The notes: generated by a model from the letters alone, not told the origin. DNA of 64,000 nt from Candidatus Melainabacteria bacterium 17Bon1m (GCA_032128875.1 JAVLKG010000005.1:32001-96000); one strand, 5' to 3'. Shown: positions 28,040 to 38,265, counted from the first letter of the stretch. A program made the numbers and translations.

Positions 28040-29524
28040 TCAACGTTGTGCTGTGTGCTCTCTAGTTAGTTCAGACGCAAAAAAGCTCACGCGCTCTGCC
28101 ATCTCGTCTTCTGGATGGTGTGAAAAACGCAGCATAAACTCGTTGGTCTTTGCCGAGTGTGCGTAATACGGTTTTGTCGTGGCGCATGAAAGGCCCGCTT
28201 TCTTAGCGCAGCTCAAAATTGCGTCCGGCGAATAGGTCTCTTTGAATTGAACGACTACATGCATTCCGCTGGTGGATGAGGCGAGTTTGATCTCGTCTTT
28301 GAACTGTTTTTTGAGTGCGAATATGAGCGCTTGCCTGCGTTTTCTCAAGCTCTTCCACATTGCGCGCACGTGCGTTTCGATAACGTTTTTGTCCAACATC
28401 TCAGTGAGCACAAGATGCTCCACGAGAGTAAATTGGCGATCCCAACTGCATTTGAAACTCTGGAACGTTTCAATCAGAGGCTCGGGAATCACAAGAAAGC
28501 TGACCGAAACAAGCGGATAGAGCAATCGCCAGAACGAATAGAAGTAAATCACTGAGCCGGTTTTGTCCATGCTAAACAGCGATGGAGCCGCCTGTCCGTC
28601 GTATTGGAATTCAGAATCCCAGTCGTCTTCGAGAATTGCGCAGTTGTTGCGATTGCACCAGTCTATTAGCGCAGCACGCCGTGATTCAGAAAGCATCGCG
28701 CCGGACGGCTCCTGGCATGATGGTTCGACATAGATCCATTGCACAGGTCTGTCGATTTCTTTGAGCTGTTCGACCATCAGTCCGTGCTCATCAATTCCCA
28801 CAGGAATAACGGCTGCACCAAGGCTGTGAAACTGTTCTCTCGCGCCCCAGAAGCCTGGGTTCTCGCAAATAATTGCATCGTCTGGTTTTACCAAAAGTGA
28901 AAACGCCGGGGAAACAACACTCTGAACACCTGAGCCAATCACGATTTGCTCTGGTTTGCAGATGATCTGCTTTGTTCTGCGCAAATAACCAGCAATTGCT
29001 TTGCGCAAAGGCAAATAACCAAATGCATCGCTATTGGCTTCAAAGTCGAAGTTTTCTGCTGTGCGACTCCAGTGCATCAGCGACTTTCTCCACGCCTGCA
29101 CGGGCAGCATTTCGCTGGGCGCGGAGCCAAAATTTATCTCATCGAAATCTGTATTTTCGATTGCTTCGATGCGCTGCGCATGCAGGTTGGTGGCTAGGTT
29201 TGAATATCTGTCTTGCCACGGGTATCCAGCAGATTTGGATTGTTTTTCGCTCGCGCTTTCAGCGGAAGAACCGTTTCTATCAGCTTTGCGAACCCATGTG
29301 CCTGCTCCAGGACTCGTCGTCAAATGCCCGGTGGCGATCAGACCTTCTAAGCTCTTCATTACCGTCGTGCGCGAGATGCCCAGATAGAGCGCCATGTCAC
29401 GCGTTGACGGCAGCTTTTCACCAGGGGCCAAATGCTGGTTTTCAATTGCAGACGCAATTGTTTCACGCAGTGTCTCTGCTGTGATTTTGGAGCCTTTGAG
29501 TTGCTTAAGTATCGCCAGGTTCAT
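28040..29524 (-). CDS. MocR/GabR-family regulator (GntR HTH plus aminotransferase-like domain)
   Basis: GEKLPSTRDMALYLGISRTTV HTH; GYLPLRKAIA, ENPG, ILEDDWDSEF. Confidence 0.92.
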   Translation of the reverse strand: MNLAILKQLKGSKITAETLRETIASAIENQHLAPGEKLPSTRDMALYLGISRTTVMKSLEGLIATGHLTTSPGAGTWVRKADRNGSSAESASEKQSKSAGYPWQDRYSNLATNLHAQRIEAIENTDFDEINFGSAPSEMLPVQAWRKSLMHWSRTAENFDFEANSDAFGYLPLRKAIAGYLRRTKQIICKPEQIVIGSGVQSVVSPAFSLLVKPDDAIICENPGFWGAREQFHSLGAAVIPVGIDEHGLMVEQLKEIDRPVQWIYVEPSCQEPSGAMLSESRRAALIDWCNRNNCAILEDDWDSEFQYDGQAAPSLFSMDKTGSVIYFYSFWRLLYPLVSVSFLVIPEPLIETFQSFKCSWDRQFTLVEHLVLTEMLDKNVIETHVRAMWKSLRKRRQALIFALKKQFKDEIKLASSTSGMHVVVQFKETYSPDAILSCAKKAGLSCATTKPYYAHSAKTNEFMLRFSHHPEDEMAERVSFFASELTREHTAQR

Positions 29525-29744
29525 CTCTAATTACTTACCACCTACGGGCAATATACCGGCGGCAGATAATGCGCATTTTGCAGATTCTCGAGAAGCGGCG
29601 GGGGTGGGGTTTTAGCCCAGTCGCATTTTTGTGCACAACGCGTTTAATCCTGCACTACGTATTTTGCACACGCACCTGCAACAGATCTGCAACACCGCGC
29701 TTTGAGAATCGTGTAATCCCGCAACTGCACGAAGTTTATGAAAC

Positions 29745-30410
29745 ATGATCACTGAAAACCTTATCGATTCATACGTCACTCAAGGCGCCAGCGCTTTCTC
29801 CCAAGGGCAATTTCAAGCCGCCGGAAGATTGTTTCTCGCTGCGTATCAAAAGTCGAAATCTTTGAGCAAAACAGATCCAAAATTGGCTTTGGTTTATGCC
29901 AATCTTTCTTTGTTCTACTATCAGCAAAAGCGCTATCGAAAGGCTGAAGGTCTGCTTGAACAGGCGCTTTCTATTCTCACGGAAAACAAGCTTTTGCAGT
30001 CGGAGTTTGCCGAAAAGGTACGTGTGCAGCTTGCCAATGTTTATCTTGCGCAGGAAAAACACACGCAATTGATCAAGCACTACAAGACTTGTTTGTCGTA
30101 TTTCTTGTCTGTTTCAAAACTCGCAGATGCTTCTGCTGCATACAACAGAATCATCGATCTGTACATTGCGCTCGACCGCATGAAGGATGCAGAAATCTGG
30201 TGCAGGCAGGCGGTTTCATTCGATAGAGAATATTCGGCGCAGAGTGATCCGGTGGCGAAAAAACGATTGATCAAAATGGCTTGGATTTACACACGGCTGG
30301 GCCGAACCGATGATGCCTGCCGCATCTACAATAGCAGTGTTCATCAAGAGAAAGAACAAGCAGCGTTTATGCGACCAGTGTTGAGTCAAGGCGTTGGAGT
30401 CTATAGCTAG
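29745..30410 (+). CDS. TPR-repeat protein
   Basis: NLSLFYYQQKRYRKAEGLLEQAL-type repeats. Confidence 0.8.
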   Translation: MITENLIDSYVTQGASAFSQGQFQAAGRLFLAAYQKSKSLSKTDPKLALVYANLSLFYYQQKRYRKAEGLLEQALSILTENKLLQSEFAEKVRVQLANVYLAQEKHTQLIKHYKTCLSYFLSVSKLADASAAYNRIIDLYIALDRMKDAEIWCRQAVSFDREYSAQSDPVAKKRLIKMAWIYTRLGRTDDACRIYNSSVHQEKEQAAFMRPVLSQGVGVYS

Positions 30411-30606
30411 ACCGGTTCGGCATGTGGCGCTCTTTTGTGTGCGAATTGCAAGCGCTTTTTGAAATGGCAATTCCTTTCTGTGTATATCGAATCACGCCTG
30501 TGGTAAGTTTCGAAAATATACTAAATGACGTGGTAGAATTGCGACTAAAACGAAAAGGCTAAGCGCACCCGTTGTACGAGTGCGAATAGCCCAATCGTTC
30601 TCGGCT

Positions 30607-31014
30607 TTACTTGGTCGCGTGAATCTTGATGTTCAGCGTGCGGCCGTTGATCGTGCAGCTGTAGGTCAGCGTGACGGCCGAACCCGGACCGTTGTCCGGA
30701 TAGTCACCGAGGGTGACATTGCCGACCGTGAAGCCTGCTTGCTTCACGAATTCCTGCGCGTAGAACAGGGTGTTGGCCGTGGTGACGACGTACTTGCCGG
30801 CGGCATCGCGCTTGTATTCGGCGCGGAAGGGCTGCCAGACACGACGCTTTCCGCCACGATTGAACGTGAACTGGAGGGTCTCCAGGCTCTTGATGTTGAG
30901 CAGTCGGGTGCTACGTTCGACTGCGCCGACTCCCATGCCTTGCAGGGCATGGTCGAGCAGTTCGATATCTCCCTCTCCGGAGATTTCGATGCGGGTGCGC
31001 TTGAGTTTGCTCAT
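30607..31014 (-). CDS. Hypothetical protein
   Basis: AAGGAAA RBS; strong GC3 codon bias. Confidence 0.7.
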   Translation of the reverse strand: MSKLKRTRIEISGEGDIELLDHALQGMGVGAVERSTRLLNIKSLETLQFTFNRGGKRRVWQPFRAEYKRDAAGKYVVTTANTLFYAQEFVKQAGFTVGNVTLGDYPDNGPGSAVTLTYSCTINGRTLNIKIHATK

Positions 31015-31251
31015 GATAGGTTTCCTTGTCGGTGTTCGCCTTCGGCGATTTCATCACGTCAGGCGAGGGGGAGGACTTGTCGACTAGCGAAGCTCAGTGG
31101 CTTCTCGTCTTTGTTTGTCCTCTAGGGAAACGCGTTGAGCGCGTTGGGGAGTTGCAAATTTTGTCGCGATTTTTGTTGCGCCAATTTTCAATCCGCTGCT
31201 CGGAAAACCGGGCGGTATTCCCGGTTTTCCGAGGCTGGGAGCAAGTGAGGC

Positions 31252-31881
31252 TTACGCTTCGATGATGTCGAAGAGGCGCGCGATTTCGTCGGCGGTGAAG
31301 GGCACAGCCCAGTCACCGGCGCCGATCAGCATGCCGCCGTCCTCCATTTCGCGGTCGATGGAGCAGTGCCAGCCGGTGTGGAAGCGAACGGGACTGCCAC
31401 CCTTCGTGTGGGTGAAGTGACCCTTCACGACGGCGACGCGCTTCTTGGGCGCGGCCACGAAGGCGGTGCGCTGTTTTGCCGCTTGGTAGACGCCGGTTGC
31501 GGCGGTCACGGCCTTTGCGACATAGCCGGCGAGCTGGTCGACTGCTTCAGCCGAGCGGCGGCCGATGCTGGCGCGCTCGAGCTGGCTGCCGGCGTAAGCG
31601 GCGTCGGTCTTCACCCGTTCGATGTCGATGCTGGACAGCACGGACTCGACGGCGGCGATTTCGTCGGCGACGGTGCCGATCAGGTTGCCGAAGTTCTCGG
31701 AGCCCTGGGGCGCTTTCTCGAGCTTGTTGGCGGCGCCCGCCAGCGAGCCGTAGGCATACTGAAGCGCGTTGAGCGTCAGCCAGTGGGCGCGCGTGTTCTG
31801 GTCATACTCGGTTTCGAGCGAGAGGGAGAGGGCTTTCAGAGTGGCTGCCTTATCGGCGAAATCGACAGTTGCAGTTTGCAT
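31252..31881 (-). CDS. Hypothetical protein
   Basis: Strong GC3 bias; helical N-terminal part and beta-rich C-terminal part. Confidence 0.7.
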   Translation of the reverse strand: MQTATVDFADKAATLKALSLSLETEYDQNTRAHWLTLNALQYAYGSLAGAANKLEKAPQGSENFGNLIGTVADEIAAVESVLSSIDIERVKTDAAYAGSQLERASIGRRSAEAVDQLAGYVAKAVTAATGVYQAAKQRTAFVAAPKKRVAVVKGHFTHTKGGSPVRFHTGWHCSIDREMEDGGMLIGAGDWAVPFTADEIARLFDIIEA

Positions 31882-32030
31882 GCGTTTTTATCTCTTGTGG
31901 GTTGTTGCCAGGCCAGGCAGCCGCTCACGATGAGCGACTGCCTTCCTTGCGGATTTAGGATCTTGCGAATCACGCGGTCAGGGACGTAGTCGCGCCCCCA
32001 ATTTCAGCAGTTGTGGCTTTGCCGCGAGGC

Positions 32031-32258
32031 TCAGCCGAAGATGCCGGGGAACGCCTGGACGATGCGTTGCGCCAAATCGACCCCGGCGACCCAGTCGACG
32101 AGACCGAAGATGACGAACGGCACTTCGAGGAAGATGCAGACGATCCCCAAAACGACGCTTGCCGAGAAGGCGAGCACGATGCCGTGGACCCAGCACGCGA
32201 TGGCGGCGATGGTGACAACGAGCCAAACGAGCCCGAACGTTCCTGCGAAAAGCTTCAT
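32031..32258 (-). CDS. Small membrane protein (75 aa)
   Basis: AAGGAG RBS before MKLFAG; hydrophobic throughout. Confidence 0.7.
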   Translation of the reverse strand: MKLFAGTFGLVWLVVTIAAIACWVHGIVLAFSASVVLGIVCIFLEVPFVIFGLVDWVAGVDLAQRIVQAFPGIFG

Positions 32259-32366
32259 GGCGAGTCTCCTTGTTGACGCAGCCTTAGAAAAACTGCGTCT
32301 GGTTTCTTTCTTGGAGTTTTTTGTTTCGGAGTTGACAGGCGAAAGCCGGTGCGCTTTTCGCCACGA

Positions 32367-32395
32367 GTAAGGGCGATGCATGGCATCGCCCTTAC
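32367..32395. repeat. REP-like perfect palindrome, possibly a terminator
   Basis: GTAAGGGCGATGC-ATG-GCATCGCCCTTAC, a 13-bp stem just past the stop of the ligase gene. Confidence 0.75.
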
Positions 32396-32423
32396 AGAGC
32401 TTTTGACTGCTCCAGTGGCGCTA

Positions 32424-33938
32424 TTAGCGCTTCTGGATGTACCGGCACTTCACGCGGATGTCGTTGTTCGCGAACGGTCCCTGCCCTTTGGCGTGGAACT
32501 CGATGGTGGGCTCGAAGCCGGCCGGCACCATGCGAATCGACTCGCGGAAGTCCTGGTTCACTTCGGTGAGCCGCTGGTAGATGAGGTCACGCAGAAGGCG
32601 ATGCTCCTCTTCCGACGGCGCCGACTTGCCCTGAGCGAGCTCGAGGCAGATGGCCAGGCGCTTGTTGTTGCTCGCGTCTTCGCTGGTGACGATGCAGAAG
32701 CAGTCGACGAAGGACGCGATTTGCGGCGTGCTGTAGCAGATGCCTTCCACTTCAGACGGCACGATCTTGCAGCCGTAGTACGCCACCGAGAAGTCGCTGC
32801 GACCGTACATCAGGATGACGGGCAGCTCGGCCAGCGGCTTGGGCAGCAGAGCAGTGTTGACGCCGGCGCCTTCCAGAGCCTGCATGATCTCATCGAAGGA
32901 CAGCACCTGACCGAGGTCGTGGATGTTGTACTTGATGCGCGGCGAGACGGTGCTGTTGCGCGCGATGGTGATGAGCAGCTCGTCTTCGGCGTTGGTTTCG
33001 ATGACGTAGTCCATCGGGTTGTACTGGAAAACCGACGGGATGGAGTCTTCGAACTTGCCGTTGAGAGCGTGGCGCACGCGAGGGTTGTCGTTGATCAGCT
33101 TGCGGATTGCGATGGTGAATTCGCTTTCCGCCGCGATGTTGATCTCGAGGTCGGAGGCGCCGTAGTCACCGAATACGCCACCACGGAAGGCGCGCATCAG
33201 GTACGCACGCATCGCTTCGCTGATCGCCTCACCGCCGAAGAATGCGGTGATTTTGTACTGGCTCCAGTCGATGTCGGGGCTGTCCACGAGCATCTTCAGG
33301 AAGGGCGGGTAGCCGGCGATGATGTACTCGACGTCGGGACCGAACTTCTTCAGCGTCTTGACGATCTTGCTGATCTCAGGTCCGGTGGACTTGAGCAAGC
33401 AGACGTCGACGACGGCGCTCGACACGCACATGCCCGTTGCCCACGGACCGAGCGCGAAGGCGTTGATGAAGAGCCGTTCCTTGCTGCCCAGCATGTGGTG
33501 CATCGAAATCTGCAGCATGCGGGCAACGTGCCGACGTTCTTCCGGACCGCGCACCCAGTTGTTCGGCTCGCCGGTGGAACCGGATGATTCGTCGATCACC
33601 GCACCGCGCATGGGCAGTTTCCCGCCGACGCAGCGCTGTTGGATGGTGTACGCGTTGATGTAATTCGGCTTGTCCATCGCGGGAATTGCCGACATGTCCG
33701 GCGTCAGCCCGTTGAGCCGAACACGCGCGTTCGGGTGCTTCGAGATGAAATCCCGGTAGGCGGGGCAGGTGCGCTTGGCGTGCTCGTATGCGCGCCAGGC
33801 CTTCCACTGTCCGACCCGCTCACGGAAGCCCGAGAGCGAGGGCAGGAAGAGCAGCCCGAAGACGTTTTCGCATCTCATCAAACCGGCGCGGATGCGCTCG
33901 GCGATGATCAAGAACGTGAAAATCAGAAACTTTCTCAT
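32424..33938 (-). CDS. Phenylacetate-CoA ligase / F390-synthetase-like adenylate-forming enzyme
   Basis: ESSGSTGEP P-loop, AGYPPFL, GGEAIS, YGASD, IKYNIHD and GRSD motifs; GGAG RBS. Confidence 0.88.
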   Translation of the reverse strand: MRKFLIFTFLIIAERIRAGLMRCENVFGLLFLPSLSGFRERVGQWKAWRAYEHAKRTCPAYRDFISKHPNARVRLNGLTPDMSAIPAMDKPNYINAYTIQQRCVGGKLPMRGAVIDESSGSTGEPNNWVRGPEERRHVARMLQISMHHMLGSKERLFINAFALGPWATGMCVSSAVVDVCLLKSTGPEISKIVKTLKKFGPDVEYIIAGYPPFLKMLVDSPDIDWSQYKITAFFGGEAISEAMRAYLMRAFRGGVFGDYGASDLEINIAAESEFTIAIRKLINDNPRVRHALNGKFEDSIPSVFQYNPMDYVIETNAEDELLITIARNSTVSPRIKYNIHDLGQVLSFDEIMQALEGAGVNTALLPKPLAELPVILMYGRSDFSVAYYGCKIVPSEVEGICYSTPQIASFVDCFCIVTSEDASNNKRLAICLELAQGKSAPSEEEHRLLRDLIYQRLTEVNQDFRESIRMVPAGFEPTIEFHAKGQGPFANNDIRVKCRYIQKR

Positions 33939-33958
33939 TTCGTTTTCTCCGGTTCGAG

Positions 33959-34963
33959 TTATCGAACGATGATGTCTTCCAGGTCCAGGCGCAGCGCCCG
34001 AGGCGGCATGTCGCTCTGTCCCAGTCGCACCAGAAGCCACAGCGGGTCCCGACGATTGGGATTGTCGAAGTGGTCTTCCATGACCTTGTGAGAGCGGTGA
34101 TTGGTGATCACCGAACCGAACGGATGCAGGTAGATGCCGTGCTTCGTCATGGTCAGCCACAGCCGAGCCAGCATGCGACCTGCGTTGACGCAGTCAGCCT
34201 GCTCCTCGAACTTGCCGCTGATCCAAGCGACCGTCTTGGTGCCGCGCATGGAGCGCTTGTACGTCCATTTGCAGAACTGATGGATGCCGGGAATCTGGAA
34301 GATCCAGTTCGCCTTAAAGAAGAGCGTCATCATCCAGCCCGGGAAGAGCATGGCGAATGCCGCCAGACCGTCGCCGGTCTTCTTCGCTTGCTGCATCGAG
34401 TAGCGCGTCCAATGCCCGATCTCATCGCGCGTGTCCTTGACGCGCAAATCGAGGAACATCGTGTCGGCGTTGAGGTCGAGGATGAACTTGACCTGCTTGG
34501 GGTCGTTCGAGCCCTCCATCTGATGGTCGAAACTCGCCGCTACCGCTGCCAGCTCATCGAGCACCGGCTGTGGGACAGCGGCGTCGTCGTAGGGCAGGCG
34601 CGATGTGCGGCGCGTGAGGATCAGTTCGCGGTCCAGCGGTTCGGACTTTATGCGCGGAATGAGCTCGAGGTTGGCGAACGGCTGCGGACCGACCTTCTTG
34701 TCGTCGAGCGGAACGTTGAGGAGCGTCGTCTTGAGCTCCAGACCATGCGGCGCGGCGGCGATGTCCATCATCTCGAGGATGATGCCAAAGCCGGCAGCCA
34801 TGAACTGACCTTTGCCGTCTTCGACGGGCAGAAGACGCGACGGCTCGTACATCAGCACGGCGTGCGTCTCGTCGATCAATCGGAACTTCCAATGCTGCGT
34901 GTTGTGCGGCGATGGCGCCCAACGCGCGTAAGCGAGAATGTCTCGCCAGATGCGTGTTTGCAT
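33959..34963 (-). CDS. Acg-type FMN-binding nitroreductase-fold protein
   Basis: APSPHNTQHW, RRTSR, AGRMLARLWL and VRLG...RALR motifs; AGGAG RBS. Confidence 0.88.
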   Translation of the reverse strand: MQTRIWRDILAYARWAPSPHNTQHWKFRLIDETHAVLMYEPSRLLPVEDGKGQFMAAGFGIILEMMDIAAAPHGLELKTTLLNVPLDDKKVGPQPFANLELIPRIKSEPLDRELILTRRTSRLPYDDAAVPQPVLDELAAVAASFDHQMEGSNDPKQVKFILDLNADTMFLDLRVKDTRDEIGHWTRYSMQQAKKTGDGLAAFAMLFPGWMMTLFFKANWIFQIPGIHQFCKWTYKRSMRGTKTVAWISGKFEEQADCVNAGRMLARLWLTMTKHGIYLHPFGSVITNHRSHKVMEDHFDNPNRRDPLWLLVRLGQSDMPPRALRLDLEDIIVR

Positions 34964-35015
34964 AGATAACTCCTGGAATTCTTCACTTGGTCGAACTCCC
35001 ACCTGCGAGGTTTTG

Positions 35016-35116
35016 CGTGGGGGCGTGTTGCACACGCCGTTTTCGTCTTGTCGTAGGGGCGTGTTGCACACGCCCTTTTCGTCTTGGCGTGGGGGCGCGT
35101 TGCATGCGCCCTTTTG
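35016..35116. repeat. Three tandem 36-bp REP-like palindromic units
   Basis: CGTRGGGGCGYGTTGCAYRCGCCSTTTT units at 35016, 35052 and 35088. Confidence 0.88.
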
Positions 35117-35516
35117 AAGCCACGCGGGTTGCTTGGGCAAGACGAAACATGTGTTGAAACATGAGTCGTCTCGCTCAAACTGGAAACTTCACAGATGGCT
35201 AGAAACTCATCACCTGCCGCTCTTCTAACTCTTTGCTAAATCGAAACCATCTCGAGTTTTGACCGTTAACGATCAGACAGCATGAGAATGCTGAAGGAGA
35301 TGTTCGAGTTTCGCGCTGGGTGAGAAAAGTGGACTTTTGAACTGAAAGGAGATGAGCAGAGTAGGTAGTGAGAGCTTAAACGCTAGAACCTTGGCATCTT
35401 CAACAAATGTGCACCAGTATTAGGTTTCAGAACTCTCATTTTGGCTTTGTAAAGTCGCGCGGCTTGCGATAAGCCGTTAGCGCCAACTTGTGCGACGGGT
35501 CGGAGAGTATTGCTTG

Positions 35517-36626
35517 TTAATATCTCAAGTCGGGCACTCGAGAAAAGATTTTTGTGCTCAGCAGCCTCTCCCCCACAGTAACTTCGTATTGCGGTGAGAC
35601 TGTTACCACCATCGCAGAAACACGGTACTTGAAGTGTAGAAATCCGGAAACCGTCGTAAAATTGACTTTCCATCCAATTTTAGAATTACCTGATACGGTT
35701 GGTGGAACTAAGTATTCCGAGCACATCTTCAGTTCATCGTTGTTAACCTTGTAGTGGTCTTTTTTCCTATCTTTAATGTCATCCTGGCTCGATACAATCC
35801 AATGGGTAGAGCGTTTTGAGTCCAGCAAGCTTTCTTTAAAAAATTGCGCAAGAGCGTCGGCTTTAATCGTACTCAGATCCAGTGATTCTTCACGAAGCAG
35901 CTGGACTACGCTCTTATACCGAACGGAACCATTTAGATACAGGAGTCGCTTTCCATCGAAAGCAAAAGTTCCTGATGAATCCCATAACGGCGCATGTGAA
36001 AACTCTAAGTGAATCTGATTGCTTTGAACGCTCATGAGTACATGATGTTCAAAGGGTTGATTTCTCAAGGCTCGAACGCTGACAAATGGCTCGAAGTCTA
36101 TTGGAGATTTTTCAGGGTCGCTGTCTTCGTAAATCTGCCTGATAGCGATTCGAAATGGAAAGAAATTCCACAAGCTCTGTTTTAAGTAAGACTTGCCAGT
36201 TAGCGAAGTGTTTTTTTTCGTAAGCCGAATTGGCCAGGTTTCAAGTTGTGAGGTATGCAGCAATAATTCCTTGTTGCAATTGATAAGCGTTTTCCATTTT
36301 GCGTTTGAGCATATTTGAGACTCGCTAAACAGGGGAACGAATGTATGAGGATATAAGTTTTCGCAGGGTACGGGTAGTCGCCAAATTTGGAGGGGTTGCT
36401 GTTTCAGCAAGGGTTTTGAAGGTAAGGTGAAAGGACCGGATTTACGACCAGTGAAATAGTTCAGCTCTTTTATCAATCGTCCAGCGTGTTTGATTTCTGG
36501 AAGCGGAATTGGAATTGGATCTGCTAGAGCAGCTGTCTGCTGCGCGAACGCTATAGGTGTGAATGCAAGAAGTGCAACAATAAGAGAAACTACAAGTGCA
36601 TCGATGATGGATTTGTTTCTCTTCAT
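35517..36626 (-). CDS. Secreted hypothetical protein
   Basis: Signal peptide ending AFA; 369-aa AT-rich ORF. Confidence 0.72.
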   Translation of the reverse strand: MKRNKSIIDALVVSLIVALLAFTPIAFAQQTAALADPIPIPLPEIKHAGRLIKELNYFTGRKSGPFTLPSKPLLKQQPLQIWRLPVPCENLYPHTFVPLFSESQICSNAKWKTLINCNKELLLHTSQLETWPIRLTKKNTSLTGKSYLKQSLWNFFPFRIAIRQIYEDSDPEKSPIDFEPFVSVRALRNQPFEHHVLMSVQSNQIHLEFSHAPLWDSSGTFAFDGKRLLYLNGSVRYKSVVQLLREESLDLSTIKADALAQFFKESLLDSKRSTHWIVSSQDDIKDRKKDHYKVNNDELKMCSEYLVPPTVSGNSKIGWKVNFTTVSGFLHFKYRVSAMVVTVSPQYEVTVGERLLSTKIFSRVPDLRY

Positions 36627-36694
36627 TATTGATTGTTTTTGGTGTATAGGTGCGACACTGCAATTTTACCGAATTCTGCAATGAGTTAAAGAAG

Positions 36695-37843
36695 CTAGCG
36701 ATGACTTGTTTTCGCTGGTTTGGCAGCTTTTAATGGCGATTGGGCCGGCGATCCTTCTTGTAACTGCTTCAATCGCAATTGAGCTTTTTCGTTTTTCAAT
36801 TCTGCGGCTTTTACGAGATAGGTTCGCGCAATCTTCAGATCTTGCGGCACGCCTATCCCGAACATATAGAGTTGACCTACTTGGTAGAGGGCTAGGTCAT
36901 AGTCCTGATTTGCAGATTTCTTGTACCAGTAAACAGCTTTACTCATGTCTTTCTCGAAGTGTTCGCCGCGCTCGTAGTCCGCTCCTAGATTACATTGCGC
37001 TATTGGACAGCCTAACTCTGCGGCTTTCAGGCGAAGCCTCATTCCTTCTTTAAGATCTCTTTTGATACCAGGCGTGGTGCCATCAAAATACATGTTCGCG
37101 AGGTTGTTGCAGGCGTGCGGATTGCCTTGCTTTACTGCGGCTTCATACCAATCTCGCGCGGCCTTTTTGTCTTGTTTCACACCAATACCAAGGTCCAGTG
37201 CTCTGCCGACGTTGTATTGAGATTCGGGAAGTCCTTGTTTTGCAGCCTTCAAGTCGAGTGTAAAAGCCGCCGTAAAGTCAGGTTTGCTGCCGTCCAAACC
37301 TTTTGCAATAAAGTATGCAAGTTGGTTTTGAGCTCTTGCATAATCTTGGTCTGCCGCTAGCTGATACAACTTTCGAGCTCTGGCTAAATCTTTTTTTGTG
37401 TATATTCCTTGCTCGTATATTTTCCCCAATTCAGACTGAGCCGCAGGAATGTTTAATTCACTTGCTTTACGGTAACACTCCAATCCCTTTTCGACGTTTT
37501 TATCGCCTCCAATACCCTCCAAGTACATTTCTGCCAGGTGTTTAAAGCAATGTGCACTGCCGTGTTGAGCACCTGTTTCAAACCACTTCCTGGCGATTTT
37601 GAGATCTTTGGGAAAGCCCTCATCGCCTTCATTGTAGTTGTCTCCAATAAAGTGCATCGCGTCTGGGGAGCCTTGGTCCGCAGCCTTAAAGAGAAACTCT
37701 TTTGCTTTATCTAGATTCTTCTCGACACCATCGCCATCGCGATACTGTTTGTAGAGATCGAAACTCTTGTCTGCTGCGCTTGTACACGCCCCGCAGCAGA
37801 GCAAAACAGATATCGAAAGTAAGAGTTGGGAGAGCGTTCTCAT
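36695..37843 (-). CDS. Sel1-like repeat secreted protein
   Basis: Multiple A(Q)xxLGxxYxxGxGxxxDxxxAxxWY repeats; signal peptide. Confidence 0.92.
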   Translation of the reverse strand: MRTLSQLLLSISVLLCCGACTSAADKSFDLYKQYRDGDGVEKNLDKAKEFLFKAADQGSPDAMHFIGDNYNEGDEGFPKDLKIARKWFETGAQHGSAHCFKHLAEMYLEGIGGDKNVEKGLECYRKASELNIPAAQSELGKIYEQGIYTKKDLARARKLYQLAADQDYARAQNQLAYFIAKGLDGSKPDFTAAFTLDLKAAKQGLPESQYNVGRALDLGIGVKQDKKAARDWYEAAVKQGNPHACNNLANMYFDGTTPGIKRDLKEGMRLRLKAAELGCPIAQCNLGADYERGEHFEKDMSKAVYWYKKSANQDYDLALYQVGQLYMFGIGVPQDLKIARTYLVKAAELKNEKAQLRLKQLQEGSPAQSPLKAAKPAKTSHR

Positions 37844-37926
37844 GGCGAATTTTGACCTGAGGAACTATCCAAAGATAGATATTCCCAGTTCGGCGGTTAG
37901 ATGTTCCAGCGTGAGTTACGTAGCTC

Positions 37927-38253
37927 TTATGTGTTCGTCTTCTGATCTAGATATTCCAGAACTGATTTCGACAGGAACTGCAGCTGTTCTGCGTAATTCT
38001 TTAGAGTTCCGGCATCAAGTTCGTTGATAGCAATGGAGAGGTCACTTGAGCAAGTTTTCAAACAGTCGTAACGATCCTCATCAAGTCTGCCTTTTAAGTG
38101 AACAAAAGTAGCAATGCAGCCTGCTGCATAAGTGTCTATCTCAGTGAAATCACGTTCATTGCTAGACGTGAAAGATTTTCCTTCTTCTGGGAAAGGCGTT
38201 CTGCCGAACTCTTTCCAAAGGGATTCAATCGTCTGAAGGGTTATGTTTGCCAT
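37927..38253 (-). CDS. Small helical hypothetical protein (immunity-protein-like)
   Basis: LWKEF...PFP...DTYAAGCI pattern; follows the upstream gene closely. Confidence 0.6.
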   Translation of the reverse strand: MANITLQTIESLWKEFGRTPFPEEGKSFTSSNERDFTEIDTYAAGCIATFVHLKGRLDEDRYDCLKTCSSDLSIAINELDAGTLKNYAEQLQFLSKSVLEYLDQKTNT

Positions 38254-38265
38254 GCTTTGACACAC

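Noticed and set aside
30607-32258. Prophage remnant
   Set aside because: Only unknown ORFs; no structural, integrase or replication hallmarks.
35016-35116. CRISPR array
   Set aside because: The 36-bp units are contiguous with near-identical linkers, have no unique spacers, and no cas genes are present; better explained as REP-like repeats.
34964-35140. N-terminal extension of the nitroreductase with GVCNTP repeats
   Set aside because: It is a translation of the REP-like repeats; a strong AGGAG RBS supports the start at 34963.
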